From: Alphaproteobacteria bacterium
GTDB taxonomy: Bacteria; Pseudomonadota; Alphaproteobacteria; SP197
Assembly: GCA_964291415.2 (NCBI GenBank)
Contig: OZ219919.1
Coordinates: 1-64,000 of the forward strand
Direction: 5' to 3'
DNA length: 64,000 nucleotides
The translations under genes were made by a program, and so were the position numbers. Numbering within the stretch: the first letter of the stretch is position 1; each line of letters opens with the position of its first letter. This document shows positions 19,549 through 29,544 of this stretch, piece after piece. Under the pieces are notes generated by a model that saw nothing but the letters and a program-made list of their open reading frames with translations, did no database searches and was not told the DNA's origin.

Positions 19549-20640
19549 ATGGACGATACCTCCTTCATATCCATACAGAATGTCTCCAAGAGTTTCGGTC
19601 GCGTCCTGGCCGTGGACCAGGTCAGCATTGACATCCGCAGGGGCGAATTCTTTTCCCTGCTCGGTCCGTCGGGGTGCGGGAAGAGTACGCTGCTGCGCAT
19701 CCTTGCAGGCTTCGAGTTCCCGACATCCGGAGAAGTCCATATCGACGGACAGGCCATGGCAGCGGTTGCGCCCAACCATCGACCCGTCAACATCGTGTTC
19801 CAGAACTACGCCATCTTCCCTCACCTGACAGTGAAGAAGAACATCGCCTACGGCCTTCTCGAGGCGCGACTGCCCCGAGCCCGCGTCAATGAACGCGTCG
19901 AGGAGATGCTGGATCTCATCAAGCTTCCCGGATACCAGGAGCGCGCCTCGCACGAATTGTCAGGCGGCGAAAGACAGCGTGTAGCCCTGGCCCGAGCGCT
20001 GATCCGCCAGCCCAAGGTTCTCCTCCTCGATGAACCGCTCGGGGCGCTCGACAAGAAGTTGCGGGAAAACATGCAGTTGGAACTCAGGGATCTCCAGCGT
20101 TCGGTCGGTATCACCTTCGTGTTCGTAACCCACGACCAGGAGGAAGCGCTCACCATGTCGGATCGCGTCGCCGTCATGTCGAATGGACGCCACCTGCAGA
20201 TCGACTCCCCGGCCAGGCTCTATGAGGTGCCGCGCAACCGTGAGGTCGCAGAGTTCATCGGCACCATGAATTTTTTCGATGCCCGGGTACTCGAGGTCAG
20301 GAGCGACACGCTGGAAGTCGATGCCGGAGCTGCCGGCATCATCGAGGCTCGCAGGCGGGATCCTCACCCCAGGTCCGGCGCGCGTTGCACCGTGGCCGTA
20401 CGTCCGGAGAAGATCTCGCTTCACATGACCAGACCTGACAGCGGCAATACCCTCAGAGGCGTCATCAACTCAACGGCCTACCTCGGCGACCGCAGTCATC
20501 ACTTCGTGAAGGTTGATGGAATCGAGGCGCCACTCATTGTGTCTGTGCCCAACCTGGACAGTGACGTCGTCGAGGGTGGCCTGCGCGATGGAGAGGTGTG
20601 GCTGAACTGGTCAAGGCGTTCGGTCGTTCTCCTCTCCTGA
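19549..20640 (+). CDS. ABC transporter ATP-binding protein (PotA-like, TOBE domain)
   Basis: GPSGCGKS, LSGGERQR, LLLDEPLGALD, VTHDQEEA. Confidence 0.95.
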   Translation: MDDTSFISIQNVSKSFGRVLAVDQVSIDIRRGEFFSLLGPSGCGKSTLLRILAGFEFPTSGEVHIDGQAMAAVAPNHRPVNIVFQNYAIFPHLTVKKNIAYGLLEARLPRARVNERVEEMLDLIKLPGYQERASHELSGGERQRVALARALIRQPKVLLLDEPLGALDKKLRENMQLELRDLQRSVGITFVFVTHDQEEALTMSDRVAVMSNGRHLQIDSPARLYEVPRNREVAEFIGTMNFFDARVLEVRSDTLEVDAGAAGIIEARRRDPHPRSGARCTVAVRPEKISLHMTRPDSGNTLRGVINSTAYLGDRSHHFVKVDGIEAPLIVSVPNLDSDVVEGGLRDGEVWLNWSRRSVVLLS

Positions 20641-20723
20641 AGAAGTGGATTTCGAACCAAGGACCTCAAGGCCCCGGATCGGGGACTCTGGAATGGACGA
20701 GGCAATGCCGGCGCAAAGGTGAC

Positions 20724-21584
20724 ATGGGAACCATCGACTACCTGCCCCCTCTGCGGCACGACAGCCAGGAGACGGACGACTACACGTCCCTCACCGTGAC
20801 CCCGATCAGTGGTGCGCTCGGCGCGGAGGTCCACGGCATCGACCTTGGCTCCGGAATCGATCGACAACAGTTCGCCGACCTGCGCCGCGCGCTTCTCAAT
20901 CACATGGTTCTCGTTCTGCGCGACCAGGATCTCGACGCCGGGGGTCTGGTTGCGCTGGGGCGACGGTTTGGTGGTCTCCACATCAATCCCTTCGTCGCCG
21001 GCGTGGCTGGCCATCCGGAAGTCATGGAGGTGCGTTCCGAGGAAAACGTTACCGCACGCTTTGCCGGTCGCTGGCACAGCGACATCACCTGGGCCGAGCG
21101 CCCTTCCCTCGCCTCCCTTCTCCACGCCCGCATCGTGCCGCCCTTCGGCGGCGACACGCTGTTTGCCAACATGGTTCTCGCCTGGGATGCGCTGTCGCCC
21201 GTCATGCGCCGCGTGCTCGACGGTCTGAAGGCCGAACACACGGCCTTCCAGGGGCATGGCAGGGACGCCAGCCTCGCCCATGCGCCCGAAACAGTGAGCC
21301 ACCCCGTGGCGCGCACCCATCCCGAGTCGGGAAGGAAGGCGCTCTTCGTCAACGAGTACTTCACCCGCGCCATCGAGGGAATGACGTCGGACGAGAGCCG
21401 CGCAGTCCTCGATTTCCTGTTCCGCCACCTCGTTCGTCCCGACTTCACCTGCCGGGTACGCTGGCAGCCGAACACCCTGGTCATCTGGGACAACCGCTGC
21501 ACACAGCACTATGCGACCAACGACTACCCTGGCACCAGGCGCCTGATGTGGCGCGTCACGGTCGAAGGCGACCGGCCCGTGTAG
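20724..21584 (+). CDS. TauD/TfdA family Fe(II)/2OG dioxygenase (taurine dioxygenase-like)
   Basis: LGAEVHGIDL, WHSDITW, GGDTLFANM, HPVARTHPESGRKALFVN, WDNRCTQHYA. Confidence 0.93.
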   Translation: MGTIDYLPPLRHDSQETDDYTSLTVTPISGALGAEVHGIDLGSGIDRQQFADLRRALLNHMVLVLRDQDLDAGGLVALGRRFGGLHINPFVAGVAGHPEVMEVRSEENVTARFAGRWHSDITWAERPSLASLLHARIVPPFGGDTLFANMVLAWDALSPVMRRVLDGLKAEHTAFQGHGRDASLAHAPETVSHPVARTHPESGRKALFVNEYFTRAIEGMTSDESRAVLDFLFRHLVRPDFTCRVRWQPNTLVIWDNRCTQHYATNDYPGTRRLMWRVTVEGDRPV

Positions 21585-21695
21585 CCCCAGGCGTGGAGCA
21601 GGAATTGCCGCCGAATGTCCGAACGACCAATCCGGGTTGATCGCGTGCGGACATTCCACATTGTGAGACTGGAAACACCAACCTCAGGAGGACAC

Positions 21696-23273
21696 ATGAG
21701 TGATCAACGCAAGCCGCCCGTGACAAGCGGGCTCGACAGGCGCTGTTTCATGAACGCCGCCATGGCATCGGGCATGACCATTGCCGCGGCATCGGCGCTG
21801 TGGGCACGAACGGCCCATGCCGCGCCCTCGCATGGCGGACACGTGACCATCGGCCTGGATGGCGGCGCGTCCATCGACACCCTTGATCCGATCAAGGCGA
21901 TCGGCACCGATCATGTGACCATGGCGGCCCTGTGCTGCTTCGACACCCTGACGGAACTCCAGGCCGACGGGACCCCGGTGGGCAGTCTCGCCGAGAGCTG
22001 GGAGACCTCGACGGACGGCCGGACATGGACCTTCCACCTGCGCGAAGCGGAGTTTCACAACGGCAAGACGGTGACAGCCGACGATGTCGTCTGGTCGCTC
22101 AATCGTCAGGTGAGCGACGACAACACCTACGCGGAAGGCAAGCAGATCATCGGTGCCCTGGAGGACGTGAAGTCCGACGGCCCCGACACCGTCGTCATGG
22201 TGCAAAAGGAGGTCAACTTCGATCTGCCCGCTCATCTGTCGGCCTTCGGCATGCTGATCGGACCGGAAGGAACGACTGACTGGGAACAGGGTGTCGGTTC
22301 CGGGCCATACGTTCTCGAGGAGTTCGTCCCCGGCGTGCGCTTTGCCGGCAGCAAGTACGCGAACTTCTACCGGGACGACCAGGGCTTCTTTGATTCGGTG
22401 GAACTTCTCAACATCGAGGATCCCTCGTCCCGGGCCAGCGCACTGCTGAGCGGGTCGGCCGATGTCATATCGCAGCCCGATGGACGCACCGCCGGCCTCC
22501 TGGGGAGCACCGATGGCGTGAGTTTGCTGGAGGTTCCCGGAACGCAGCACTACACCACCGCCATGCGCACCGATGTCGATCCCTTCACCGACAATCACAT
22601 CCGCCTTGCGGTCAAGTACGGCATCAGACGCCAGGAAATCGTCGACAAGGTGTTCGGCGGGTTCGGCTATGTCGGCAACGACCATCCGATCGGCCGCAAC
22701 CAGCAGTTCTTCAACACGGACCTGCCGCAGCGTGAATACGATCCGGACAAGGCCTCATGGCACCTGAAGCAGGCCGGCCTGGATTCGATAGCCCTCGAGT
22801 TGAAGGCCAGTGACGGCGCCTTCGGCGGCTCGGTCGACATGGGTGTGCTCATGGCCGAATCGATGGCGCCTGCGGGAATCGACGTCACCGTCGACCGGGT
22901 GCCGGGTGACGGATACTGGTCGGAAGTCTGGCTGGTGGCGCCCTGGTGCTGCGTCTACTGGAACGGCCGCCCGACCGTCGACTGGATGCTGACGTCGTCC
23001 TACATCTCGACGTCGTCCTGGAACGACACCTATTTCAGGAGCGAACGTTTCGATTCCCTGCTCACCGCCGCCAGGAGTGAACCCGACCAGGCCCTGCGCC
23101 GGGACATGTACTTCGAACTCCAGGAGATTCTCAACATGGAGGGCGGCACCACCGTCGTCGCCTTTGCCAGTTCTCTCATCGGCGCCTCGGACGCCCTGGG
23201 CCGCGGCGAAGTCAGCGGCAGCCGGCGCATGGATGACGCCAGGCTGGCGCGGCGCTGGTGGTTCGCGACCTGA
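21696..23273 (+). CDS. ABC transporter substrate-binding protein, family 5 (Dpp/Opp-like), Tat signal
   Basis: LDRRCFM twin-arginine, LAESWE, FHNGKTVTADDV, GSGPYVL; ATG 21696 after AGGAGG. Confidence 0.92.
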   Translation: MSDQRKPPVTSGLDRRCFMNAAMASGMTIAAASALWARTAHAAPSHGGHVTIGLDGGASIDTLDPIKAIGTDHVTMAALCCFDTLTELQADGTPVGSLAESWETSTDGRTWTFHLREAEFHNGKTVTADDVVWSLNRQVSDDNTYAEGKQIIGALEDVKSDGPDTVVMVQKEVNFDLPAHLSAFGMLIGPEGTTDWEQGVGSGPYVLEEFVPGVRFAGSKYANFYRDDQGFFDSVELLNIEDPSSRASALLSGSADVISQPDGRTAGLLGSTDGVSLLEVPGTQHYTTAMRTDVDPFTDNHIRLAVKYGIRRQEIVDKVFGGFGYVGNDHPIGRNQQFFNTDLPQREYDPDKASWHLKQAGLDSIALELKASDGAFGGSVDMGVLMAESMAPAGIDVTVDRVPGDGYWSEVWLVAPWCCVYWNGRPTVDWMLTSSYISTSSWNDTYFRSERFDSLLTAARSEPDQALRRDMYFELQEILNMEGGTTVVAFASSLIGASDALGRGEVSGSRRMDDARLARRWWFAT

Positions 23274-23279
23274 GCGGCA

Positions 23280-25295
23280 TTGTTCACGGAGTGCGGGGAA
23301 CGGGGTCTGGCGGTCCGCGAGACGGAACATCTGTGGATCGGCATGACCGATGGCGTACGCCTGGCCGCACGGCTGTGGCTGCCATCGTCGGCCGACGACG
23401 CACCGGTCCCCGCACTCCTCGAGTTCATCCCCTATCGAAAGCGTGACCTGACGCGACTTCGCGACGAGTGCAACCACGCGGTGTTTGCCGAAGCGGGTTA
23501 CGCATCGATCCGCGTCGACATGCGCGGATCGGGCGATTCCGAAGGCCACATGGCCGACATGTTCACCGATGCCGAACTCGACGATGCCATTCGCGTGATC
23601 GAGTGGATCGCGGCTCAACCCTGGTGCGATGGCCATGTGGGCATGTTCGGACAGTCCTGGGGTGGCACGGCAAGCCTTCTGGCGGCATGCCGGGCTCCAC
23701 CGGCGCTCAAGGCGATCATCGCCTGTTGCGCCACCCACAACCGGTTCGACGACGACATTCACCACATGGGTGGCTGTCTGCTGACCGACACCGTCGAGTG
23801 GGGCGCCCAGTTGCCTGCCATTCTTGCCTCGCCACCCGATCCGCAAACGGTGGGTGAGGAATGGCGGGAAATGTGGCTGGCGCGCCTGGAGCGCCTGACC
23901 TTCCCTCTGGAGACGTGGATCAGCCACGAGTGGCGCGACGACTACTGGCGGCGAAGTTCCGTTGTCGGGACGATGCACACGATCTCCTGTCCGGTGCTGG
24001 CGGTCGGCGGCTGGGCGGATCGCTACAGCAATGCGGTCATGTCGCTCGTCGCCGGGACCGGCGGCGACTGCTGGGGCATCGTCGGACCCTGGGGTCATCA
24101 CTATCCCTTTGCCGGAGAACCGGGACCGGCAATGGGTTTCCAGCAGGAGGCCGTGAGGTGGTGGGACCGCTGGCTGAAAGGCATTGACAACGGCGTTGAC
24201 CGCGAACCGCGCCTGCGTGTCTGGCGGATGGAGTACCAGCCCCCCGCCGACAGGATGGCGCAGCGCCTGGGCACCTGGATCGCCGAAGACTCCTGGCCGT
24301 CTTCCCGGATCACACCGCTGGTCCTCGCTCTGGCCGATGGACAGCTGACGGACCCGCCGGGCGGCGAACGCCGACCCGTTGCCGTGCCTCATGACGGCAG
24401 GGTCGGCCTGGCCAGCGGCGATACCGGATACTTCGGGCGCACAGGTGGCCTTCCCCTTGATCAGCGCGCGGACGACGCGCTGTCTCTCGTCTTCGAGAGC
24501 GACAGACTCGTGACCCCCCTCGACCTCGTCGGTGAAGCGGTTCTCGAACTCGACGTCGAGTGTGACGCTTCCGTCGCCACCCTTGCCCTGCGCCTCAACG
24601 ATGTTCCTCCCGAAGGCGGCGTTGCGCGAGTCTCCTGCGCCGTTCGCAATCTGGCGCTCGATGACGAGGGCGTCCCCCTCGGAACACCGGAAAGACGCCG
24701 CCGTTGCCGGATCGTGTTTCCCGCAACGGCTTATCGCTTTCGTGCCGGGCACCGCATTCGTCTCGCGCTTTCCACTTCGCTGTGGCCGCAGATCTGGCCG
24801 GCGCCGCATTCCGCGCCTGTGACCATCGGCGCCGGCGAGGCGCGCCTCACCCTGCCTCGGCGCGCCGGCGACCGGGAAGCGGATGCGTCGGTCAGGTTTC
24901 CGCCGCCCCTGGAACCGGCGGGCGAGAGCGCAACGGTTCTCGCCGCTGCCTCCATCTCCAGGAACGCCGGGCGCGACGCAGACTCGGGCCGCCTCACATC
25001 GGGGTGGACCAACACGCCGGCACAGGTGCGCTTCCACGGCACCGGAGTCACGTTCGGATCCAGGACCACGTGTGAACACTCCATCATTCCCGGGGACAAC
25101 AACAGCGGCCACAGCCGGGTTGAGCACCGTCTCACCTTTCACCGCGACACCTGGTCCGTGGCGGTCACGTCGATTGCCGAACTCAGGTCCACGCCCACCA
25201 TGTTCCGGCCGCGCGGCCGCCTCGAGGTCACCGAGAACGGCGAAACGGTCCTGGTCCGCACATGGTCGCCGGACATCCCGCGCACCTGTTCCTGA
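23280..25295 (+). CDS. CocE/NonD family serine hydrolase
   Basis: DGVRLAARLWLP, PYRK, DMRGSGDSEG, nucleophile elbow GQSWGG, GGWAD, GPWGH. Confidence 0.93.
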   Translation: MFTECGERGLAVRETEHLWIGMTDGVRLAARLWLPSSADDAPVPALLEFIPYRKRDLTRLRDECNHAVFAEAGYASIRVDMRGSGDSEGHMADMFTDAELDDAIRVIEWIAAQPWCDGHVGMFGQSWGGTASLLAACRAPPALKAIIACCATHNRFDDDIHHMGGCLLTDTVEWGAQLPAILASPPDPQTVGEEWREMWLARLERLTFPLETWISHEWRDDYWRRSSVVGTMHTISCPVLAVGGWADRYSNAVMSLVAGTGGDCWGIVGPWGHHYPFAGEPGPAMGFQQEAVRWWDRWLKGIDNGVDREPRLRVWRMEYQPPADRMAQRLGTWIAEDSWPSSRITPLVLALADGQLTDPPGGERRPVAVPHDGRVGLASGDTGYFGRTGGLPLDQRADDALSLVFESDRLVTPLDLVGEAVLELDVECDASVATLALRLNDVPPEGGVARVSCAVRNLALDDEGVPLGTPERRRRCRIVFPATAYRFRAGHRIRLALSTSLWPQIWPAPHSAPVTIGAGEARLTLPRRAGDREADASVRFPPPLEPAGESATVLAAASISRNAGRDADSGRLTSGWTNTPAQVRFHGTGVTFGSRTTCEHSIIPGDNNSGHSRVEHRLTFHRDTWSVAVTSIAELRSTPTMFRPRGRLEVTENGETVLVRTWSPDIPRTCS

Positions 25296-25408
25296 CCGGT
25301 CCCCTCCCGGTCCATGAGAAGGCGGTGTCGCACCAGTCGTTGAAACCGTTGCGACGCGGCCGGCACTCATCGGCTACACTGCGCCGTCCGGCAGCCAGGG
25401 ATTGAGTC

Positions 25409-27424
25409 ATGCGTGTGGGAGTCGAGGTCGGGGGAACCTTCACGGACCTGGTGGCGATTGACGCCAAAGGCGCCATCACCATTGCCAAGGTGCCGTCCGT
25501 CCCCGGAAATCCGGACGAGGGCGCGTTCAATGCCATCGTCGAATCGACGGTGCCGGTATCGGGGATCAATGACCTGGTGCATGGCTCGACGATTGCCACC
25601 AATGCGGTGCTCGAGCGCAAGGGTGCCCGCATCGCCTTCATCACGACCAGCGGCTTTCGCGACATCCTCATCATGCAGCGGCACAACCGCAGCCGTGTCT
25701 ACGATCTCACCTACCGCAAGCCGCAGCCGGTGGTCCACCGGCGGGATTCATTCGAGGTGACGGAGAGAATTCTCGCCGACGGCAGTGTACTGGTGCCGCT
25801 CGACGCCGCGGCCGTCGAACGCGACCTTGTCCCCCGTCTGCGCGAGGGCGGCTACGAGGCCGTCGCCATTTGCCTGCTGAACGGCTACGCCAATCCGGTT
25901 CACGAGGAGGAACTGCAGTCGATCATCGCCCGCAACTGCCAGGACATCGAGATTGCCTGCTCATCAACGGTCACCCGGGAGTTCCGGGAATACGAGCGGG
26001 CATCGACCACGACGCTGTCGGCCTATGTCCAGCCGGTCATCAACCGTTATCTCGAGCGCTTCGAGAAACGCCTCTCGCGGGACGGGTTCGCCGGGCGTTT
26101 TTCCGTCATGCAGTCGAACGGCGGCCGCCTGCCGGCAGAGGGCATGAGACGCAACGCGATCACCTCCCTGCTTTCGGGACCGGCCGCAGGCGTCACAGGC
26201 GCCATTCGCCAGGCCGGCAGGTCCGGCTACCGGGATCTCGTCACCCTGGACATGGGAGGAACCTCCACCGACGTCTGTCTCGTGACCGCCGGGGAACCCG
26301 AACTCACCGCCGAATTCTCTCTTGACGGCCTTCCGGTGCGCACGCCGATCATCGACATCAACACGATTGGCGCCGGCGGCGGATCGATCATATGGATCGA
26401 CGACGGAGGCATGCTGCGCGCCGGTCCGGTGAGCGCCGGGGCCGACCCCGGCCCGGCCTGCTATGGCCGTGGCGGAACACGGCCGACGGTCACCGATGCC
26501 CATGTCATTCGCGGCACGCTGAGACCCGAGTCCTTTCTCGGCGGGCGCATGGCAATCGACCAGGAAGCGTCGCGCGAGGCCTTCCAGCCCCTGGCAGACT
26601 CCCTCGCCATGGGCCTCGAAGACATTTCCGATGCCGCCATCCGGGTCGCCAACGCCTCCATCGTACGCGCCATGCAGATTGTCTCCACCGAACGCGGCAA
26701 GGATCCGAGGGACCACGCTCTTGTCGCCTTCGGTGGCGCCGGTCCCCTCCATGCGGCGCATGTTGCCGCGGACCTCGGCATGACCACCGTCGTCGTGCCA
26801 CCCCATGCCGGCGTGCTGTCGGCCTATGGTCTCATCGCCTCCGACTACCAGCAATTCTCCACGGTCACCCGCAAGATGCTCCTCGACGATGCGGCGCCCG
26901 GCGCCATAGCCGAGGTCTATCGCGACATGAAGAAGCGCGCGACCGAGCGCTTTGTCCTGATGGGTCTCGGATCCCGGCCACGCATCTCGTTCTTTGCCGA
27001 CATGAGATTCGTCGGCCAGGCGTTCGAGGTGGCGGTTCCCATCGATCCGCCGTCAGGCCTGACGGCCGGTGGACTCAGGACACTCTTTGCCGATGAGCAT
27101 CACAGGGTCTTCATGCATGGCGGGGATGCCTCCAGACCCATCGAGATCGTCGCCTTCCGTCTCGGCGCGTCGGCGCCGCTCAAGGACGTGCCGGCGCTGA
27201 AGGAGGAACCGGGTGACGAGAAGGTCCCCTTCATGCCCTGGCGCTACCATGATCAGGGGGGATGGCGCGACGGCATGATCGGTCACCGGGGCGCCATGAC
27301 CCCCGGTGCGGCGCTTGCCGGACCGGCCCTGATCGAGGACGAGACGGCCACCATCGCGGTTCCGGACGGCTGGTCCGCCACCAGCGACGAATATCACAAT
27401 CTGGTGCTCACCCGGGCGGGGTGA
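25409..27424 (+). CDS. Hydantoinase A/oxoprolinase family subunit (ATP-binding)
   Basis: GVEVGGTFTD, HGSTIATN, REYERASTT, SGPAAG, DMGGTSTD, GAGGGS, FGGAGPLH. Confidence 0.94.
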   Translation: MRVGVEVGGTFTDLVAIDAKGAITIAKVPSVPGNPDEGAFNAIVESTVPVSGINDLVHGSTIATNAVLERKGARIAFITTSGFRDILIMQRHNRSRVYDLTYRKPQPVVHRRDSFEVTERILADGSVLVPLDAAAVERDLVPRLREGGYEAVAICLLNGYANPVHEEELQSIIARNCQDIEIACSSTVTREFREYERASTTTLSAYVQPVINRYLERFEKRLSRDGFAGRFSVMQSNGGRLPAEGMRRNAITSLLSGPAAGVTGAIRQAGRSGYRDLVTLDMGGTSTDVCLVTAGEPELTAEFSLDGLPVRTPIIDINTIGAGGGSIIWIDDGGMLRAGPVSAGADPGPACYGRGGTRPTVTDAHVIRGTLRPESFLGGRMAIDQEASREAFQPLADSLAMGLEDISDAAIRVANASIVRAMQIVSTERGKDPRDHALVAFGGAGPLHAAHVAADLGMTTVVVPPHAGVLSAYGLIASDYQQFSTVTRKMLLDDAAPGAIAEVYRDMKKRATERFVLMGLGSRPRISFFADMRFVGQAFEVAVPIDPPSGLTAGGLRTLFADEHHRVFMHGGDASRPIEIVAFRLGASAPLKDVPALKEEPGDEKVPFMPWRYHDQGGWRDGMIGHRGAMTPGAALAGPALIEDETATIAVPDGWSATSDEYHNLVLTRAG

Positions 27425-27448
27425 TTGCAACCGGTTCCCGGGATGCGA

Positions 27449-27478
27449 GAAAGGCCGGACGTTGCCGTCCGGCCTTTC
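27449..27478. terminator. Bidirectional rho-independent terminator
   Basis: gaaaggccggacg-ttgc-cgtccggcctttc, 13-bp stem between convergent genes. Confidence 0.8.
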
Positions 27479-27504
27479 GGTTGGTTCCCCTTGAGAGGGA
27501 GTGC

Positions 27505-28473
27505 TTACATCGTCGCGTGATCGATCCAGCCCTGGAGCGTCTCGGAGTTGTTGTCGAGCCACTCGTTGATGACCTCGATGAGGTCGCGGCCCTTGTCGTC
27601 GATCTCCGACATCATCTGCGCCTGCTCGAGGTTGGTGATCGAATAGGCCTCGATCAGTCCCCAGGCGCCGGGGTGGCTGTCCTTGAGACCCGGATTGGCA
27701 ACCTTCCAGATCTCGGCGCCCGCCCAGTCGCAGTCATGGGTGGCGTCGGGGTTGATACCCAGCGACGCGTCGGTCTCGCACCCCTCGAAGTACTCGGGCA
27801 GATAGATACGCTGCAGGTCGTACTGGGCGTGCATCCAGTGCGGTTCCCAGAACATGGTGATCAGCGGCGCCTGGCGCTCGTAGGCCGACTTGATCTCGGC
27901 AATGATCGCACCCTCGCCGCCCGACGGGATGTTCACGAAGTCAAGCCCCAGCGCGGCAATGCGCGGCGCATTCTTGTCGCCCCATTCCGCCGGATAGTCC
28001 AGAAAACGTCCAGACGGCATCGTCTCGGGCGTCGCAAACATGTCGGCGCAGTCGTTGAGCGCCTCCCAGCTCGGCAGACCCGGACACATGTCGACGACGT
28101 ATCCCGGAACAAACCACGCCTCCTGCGGCTTCAGACCGGACAGCGCCACGATCTCGACCGCGCCGGAATCGAAGTGCTCGTCCCAGCCCTCGCCGATGTT
28201 GGAACTCCAGATCTCCAGGGTCGCGTGAATGTCGCCGTCCGCAACGGCCGAAACCTGCGGATAGTATCCCGCGGTCACGTATTCGACGTTGTAGCCCATG
28301 CGCTTGAGCGCCTCGCCGGCCACCGTCGTGCTGACGTGCTGGCCCGTCCACTCGTTCATCGCAAGCTTGATCGGCTCATCCGTCTCGGGAATTGACTGGG
28401 CGCTCGCCGAAACGGCAACGCCAACAAGCAGTGCACCAGCCGCAGCTGATGCGATCTTGGGAAGGAATCTCAT
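27505..28473 (-). CDS. Glycine betaine/TMAO-type ABC substrate-binding protein (ProX/TmoX-like group)
   Basis: Signal peptide, PIKLAMNEWTGQ, GYNVEYV, CPGLPSWEALNDC, FWEPHW, GCETD...HDCDW. Confidence 0.88.
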   Translation of the reverse strand: MRFLPKIASAAAGALLVGVAVSASAQSIPETDEPIKLAMNEWTGQHVSTTVAGEALKRMGYNVEYVTAGYYPQVSAVADGDIHATLEIWSSNIGEGWDEHFDSGAVEIVALSGLKPQEAWFVPGYVVDMCPGLPSWEALNDCADMFATPETMPSGRFLDYPAEWGDKNAPRIAALGLDFVNIPSGGEGAIIAEIKSAYERQAPLITMFWEPHWMHAQYDLQRIYLPEYFEGCETDASLGINPDATHDCDWAGAEIWKVANPGLKDSHPGAWGLIEAYSITNLEQAQMMSEIDDKGRDLIEVINEWLDNNSETLQGWIDHATM

Positions 28474-28569
28474 GGTGCCTTTCTCCTGTGTTGGTGCCGG
28501 AAACCTGCTGAAGGGCGCACCGAGGTCGTTCTCCGGATCCTGACGGCACGGCCCGGCAGAAGGCATCCT

Positions 28570-28587
28570 AACACATCCGGATGTGTT
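28570..28587. promoter_or_regulatory. Perfect 18-bp palindrome upstream of the SBP gene (candidate operator)
   Basis: aacacatccggatgtgtt, about 97 bp upstream of the start at 28473. Confidence 0.5.
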
Positions 28588-28730
28588 CACACGCAACAGG
28601 GATGAGGCTCGCCGGGCAACGGTGCGCAGGCGTCATCCGCCAGGCCGGAATCTCGTCGCGCTGGACACGGGAGGAACCTCAACCGATGCCTGTCTCGCGA
28701 CCGCATGGCGATTCCTCAATCTGCCTGCCA

Positions 28731-29483
28731 TTACAGGACAATCCTGGTCAGCGTGACGAGAGTCATGTCGGCGGTGGTGGCATGCAGGAAGTAGAGCGGC
28801 CGCGCCCCGATGGCGGAATGGACTCCCTTTCGCAAATCGACCGCCACACTCGGCATGGCTGTGGCGACGGTGCCGCCCCAGGATTCCCGGTGAAAGCAAT
28901 GGACATGACCGCACAGCAGCCTGACGACTTGCGGATGACGCGCGACCAGAGCCTCGAATTCCGCTGCCTCGTTCGAATGCCTGTAACCCCCGACATAATG
29001 CGGTGAGATATCGAAGGGTGGATGATGAATGAACAGGATCGTGGGTCTCGCAGGCTCACCGCCCAGCGTTTCGTCCAGCCACCGGCGCCGGCGTTCACAA
29101 AAGACCCCTTTCCGTTCGCCGTCCACCACCGAGTCGAGCGCAACCAGGCGCATGGGAAACGCGTCGATCGCGTAATGGACGAACTCGCCGGGCGGGGGCA
29201 GGGAGGCGAGATGTTCGAAAGCGTTGCGCAGTTCACTCCGCCGGTCGCGGTTGCCGGGAACGATGAACAGGGGTGCTTTCAGATCGTCCAGGATCTCGCG
29301 CAAGTGAGTGTACGCCCCGGGATCGCCGCGATGGACACAGTCGCCCGTGTGGACGACTGCATCGACATTCTGCCGATTGATATCGGCGACGCACCGCCTC
29401 AGGTTGAGCGCCCGGTCTGCTCCGGCCGGCCCTGCTGACGATTTCGCTTCGATGTGGGTATCGCTGATCTGGGCGATGATCAT
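28731..29483 (-). CDS. Metallophosphoesterase (Icc/CpdA/GpdQ-like phosphodiesterase)
   Basis: QISDTH, TGD, PGNRD (GNHD variant), HHPP, CGHVH. Confidence 0.88.
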   Translation of the reverse strand: MIIAQISDTHIEAKSSAGPAGADRALNLRRCVADINRQNVDAVVHTGDCVHRGDPGAYTHLREILDDLKAPLFIVPGNRDRRSELRNAFEHLASLPPPGEFVHYAIDAFPMRLVALDSVVDGERKGVFCERRRRWLDETLGGEPARPTILFIHHPPFDISPHYVGGYRHSNEAAEFEALVARHPQVVRLLCGHVHCFHRESWGGTVATAMPSVAVDLRKGVHSAIGARPLYFLHATTADMTLVTLTRIVL

Positions 29484-29544
29484 TCAGATTCCACCCTGCG
29501 CCAGCGCCGGTCCTTGCCGAGACCGCGGCGGTGAAAGCGCCCTG

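Noticed and set aside
22755-25370. 871-aa minus-strand ORF
   Set aside because: Shadow of the SBP and CocE/NonD genes.
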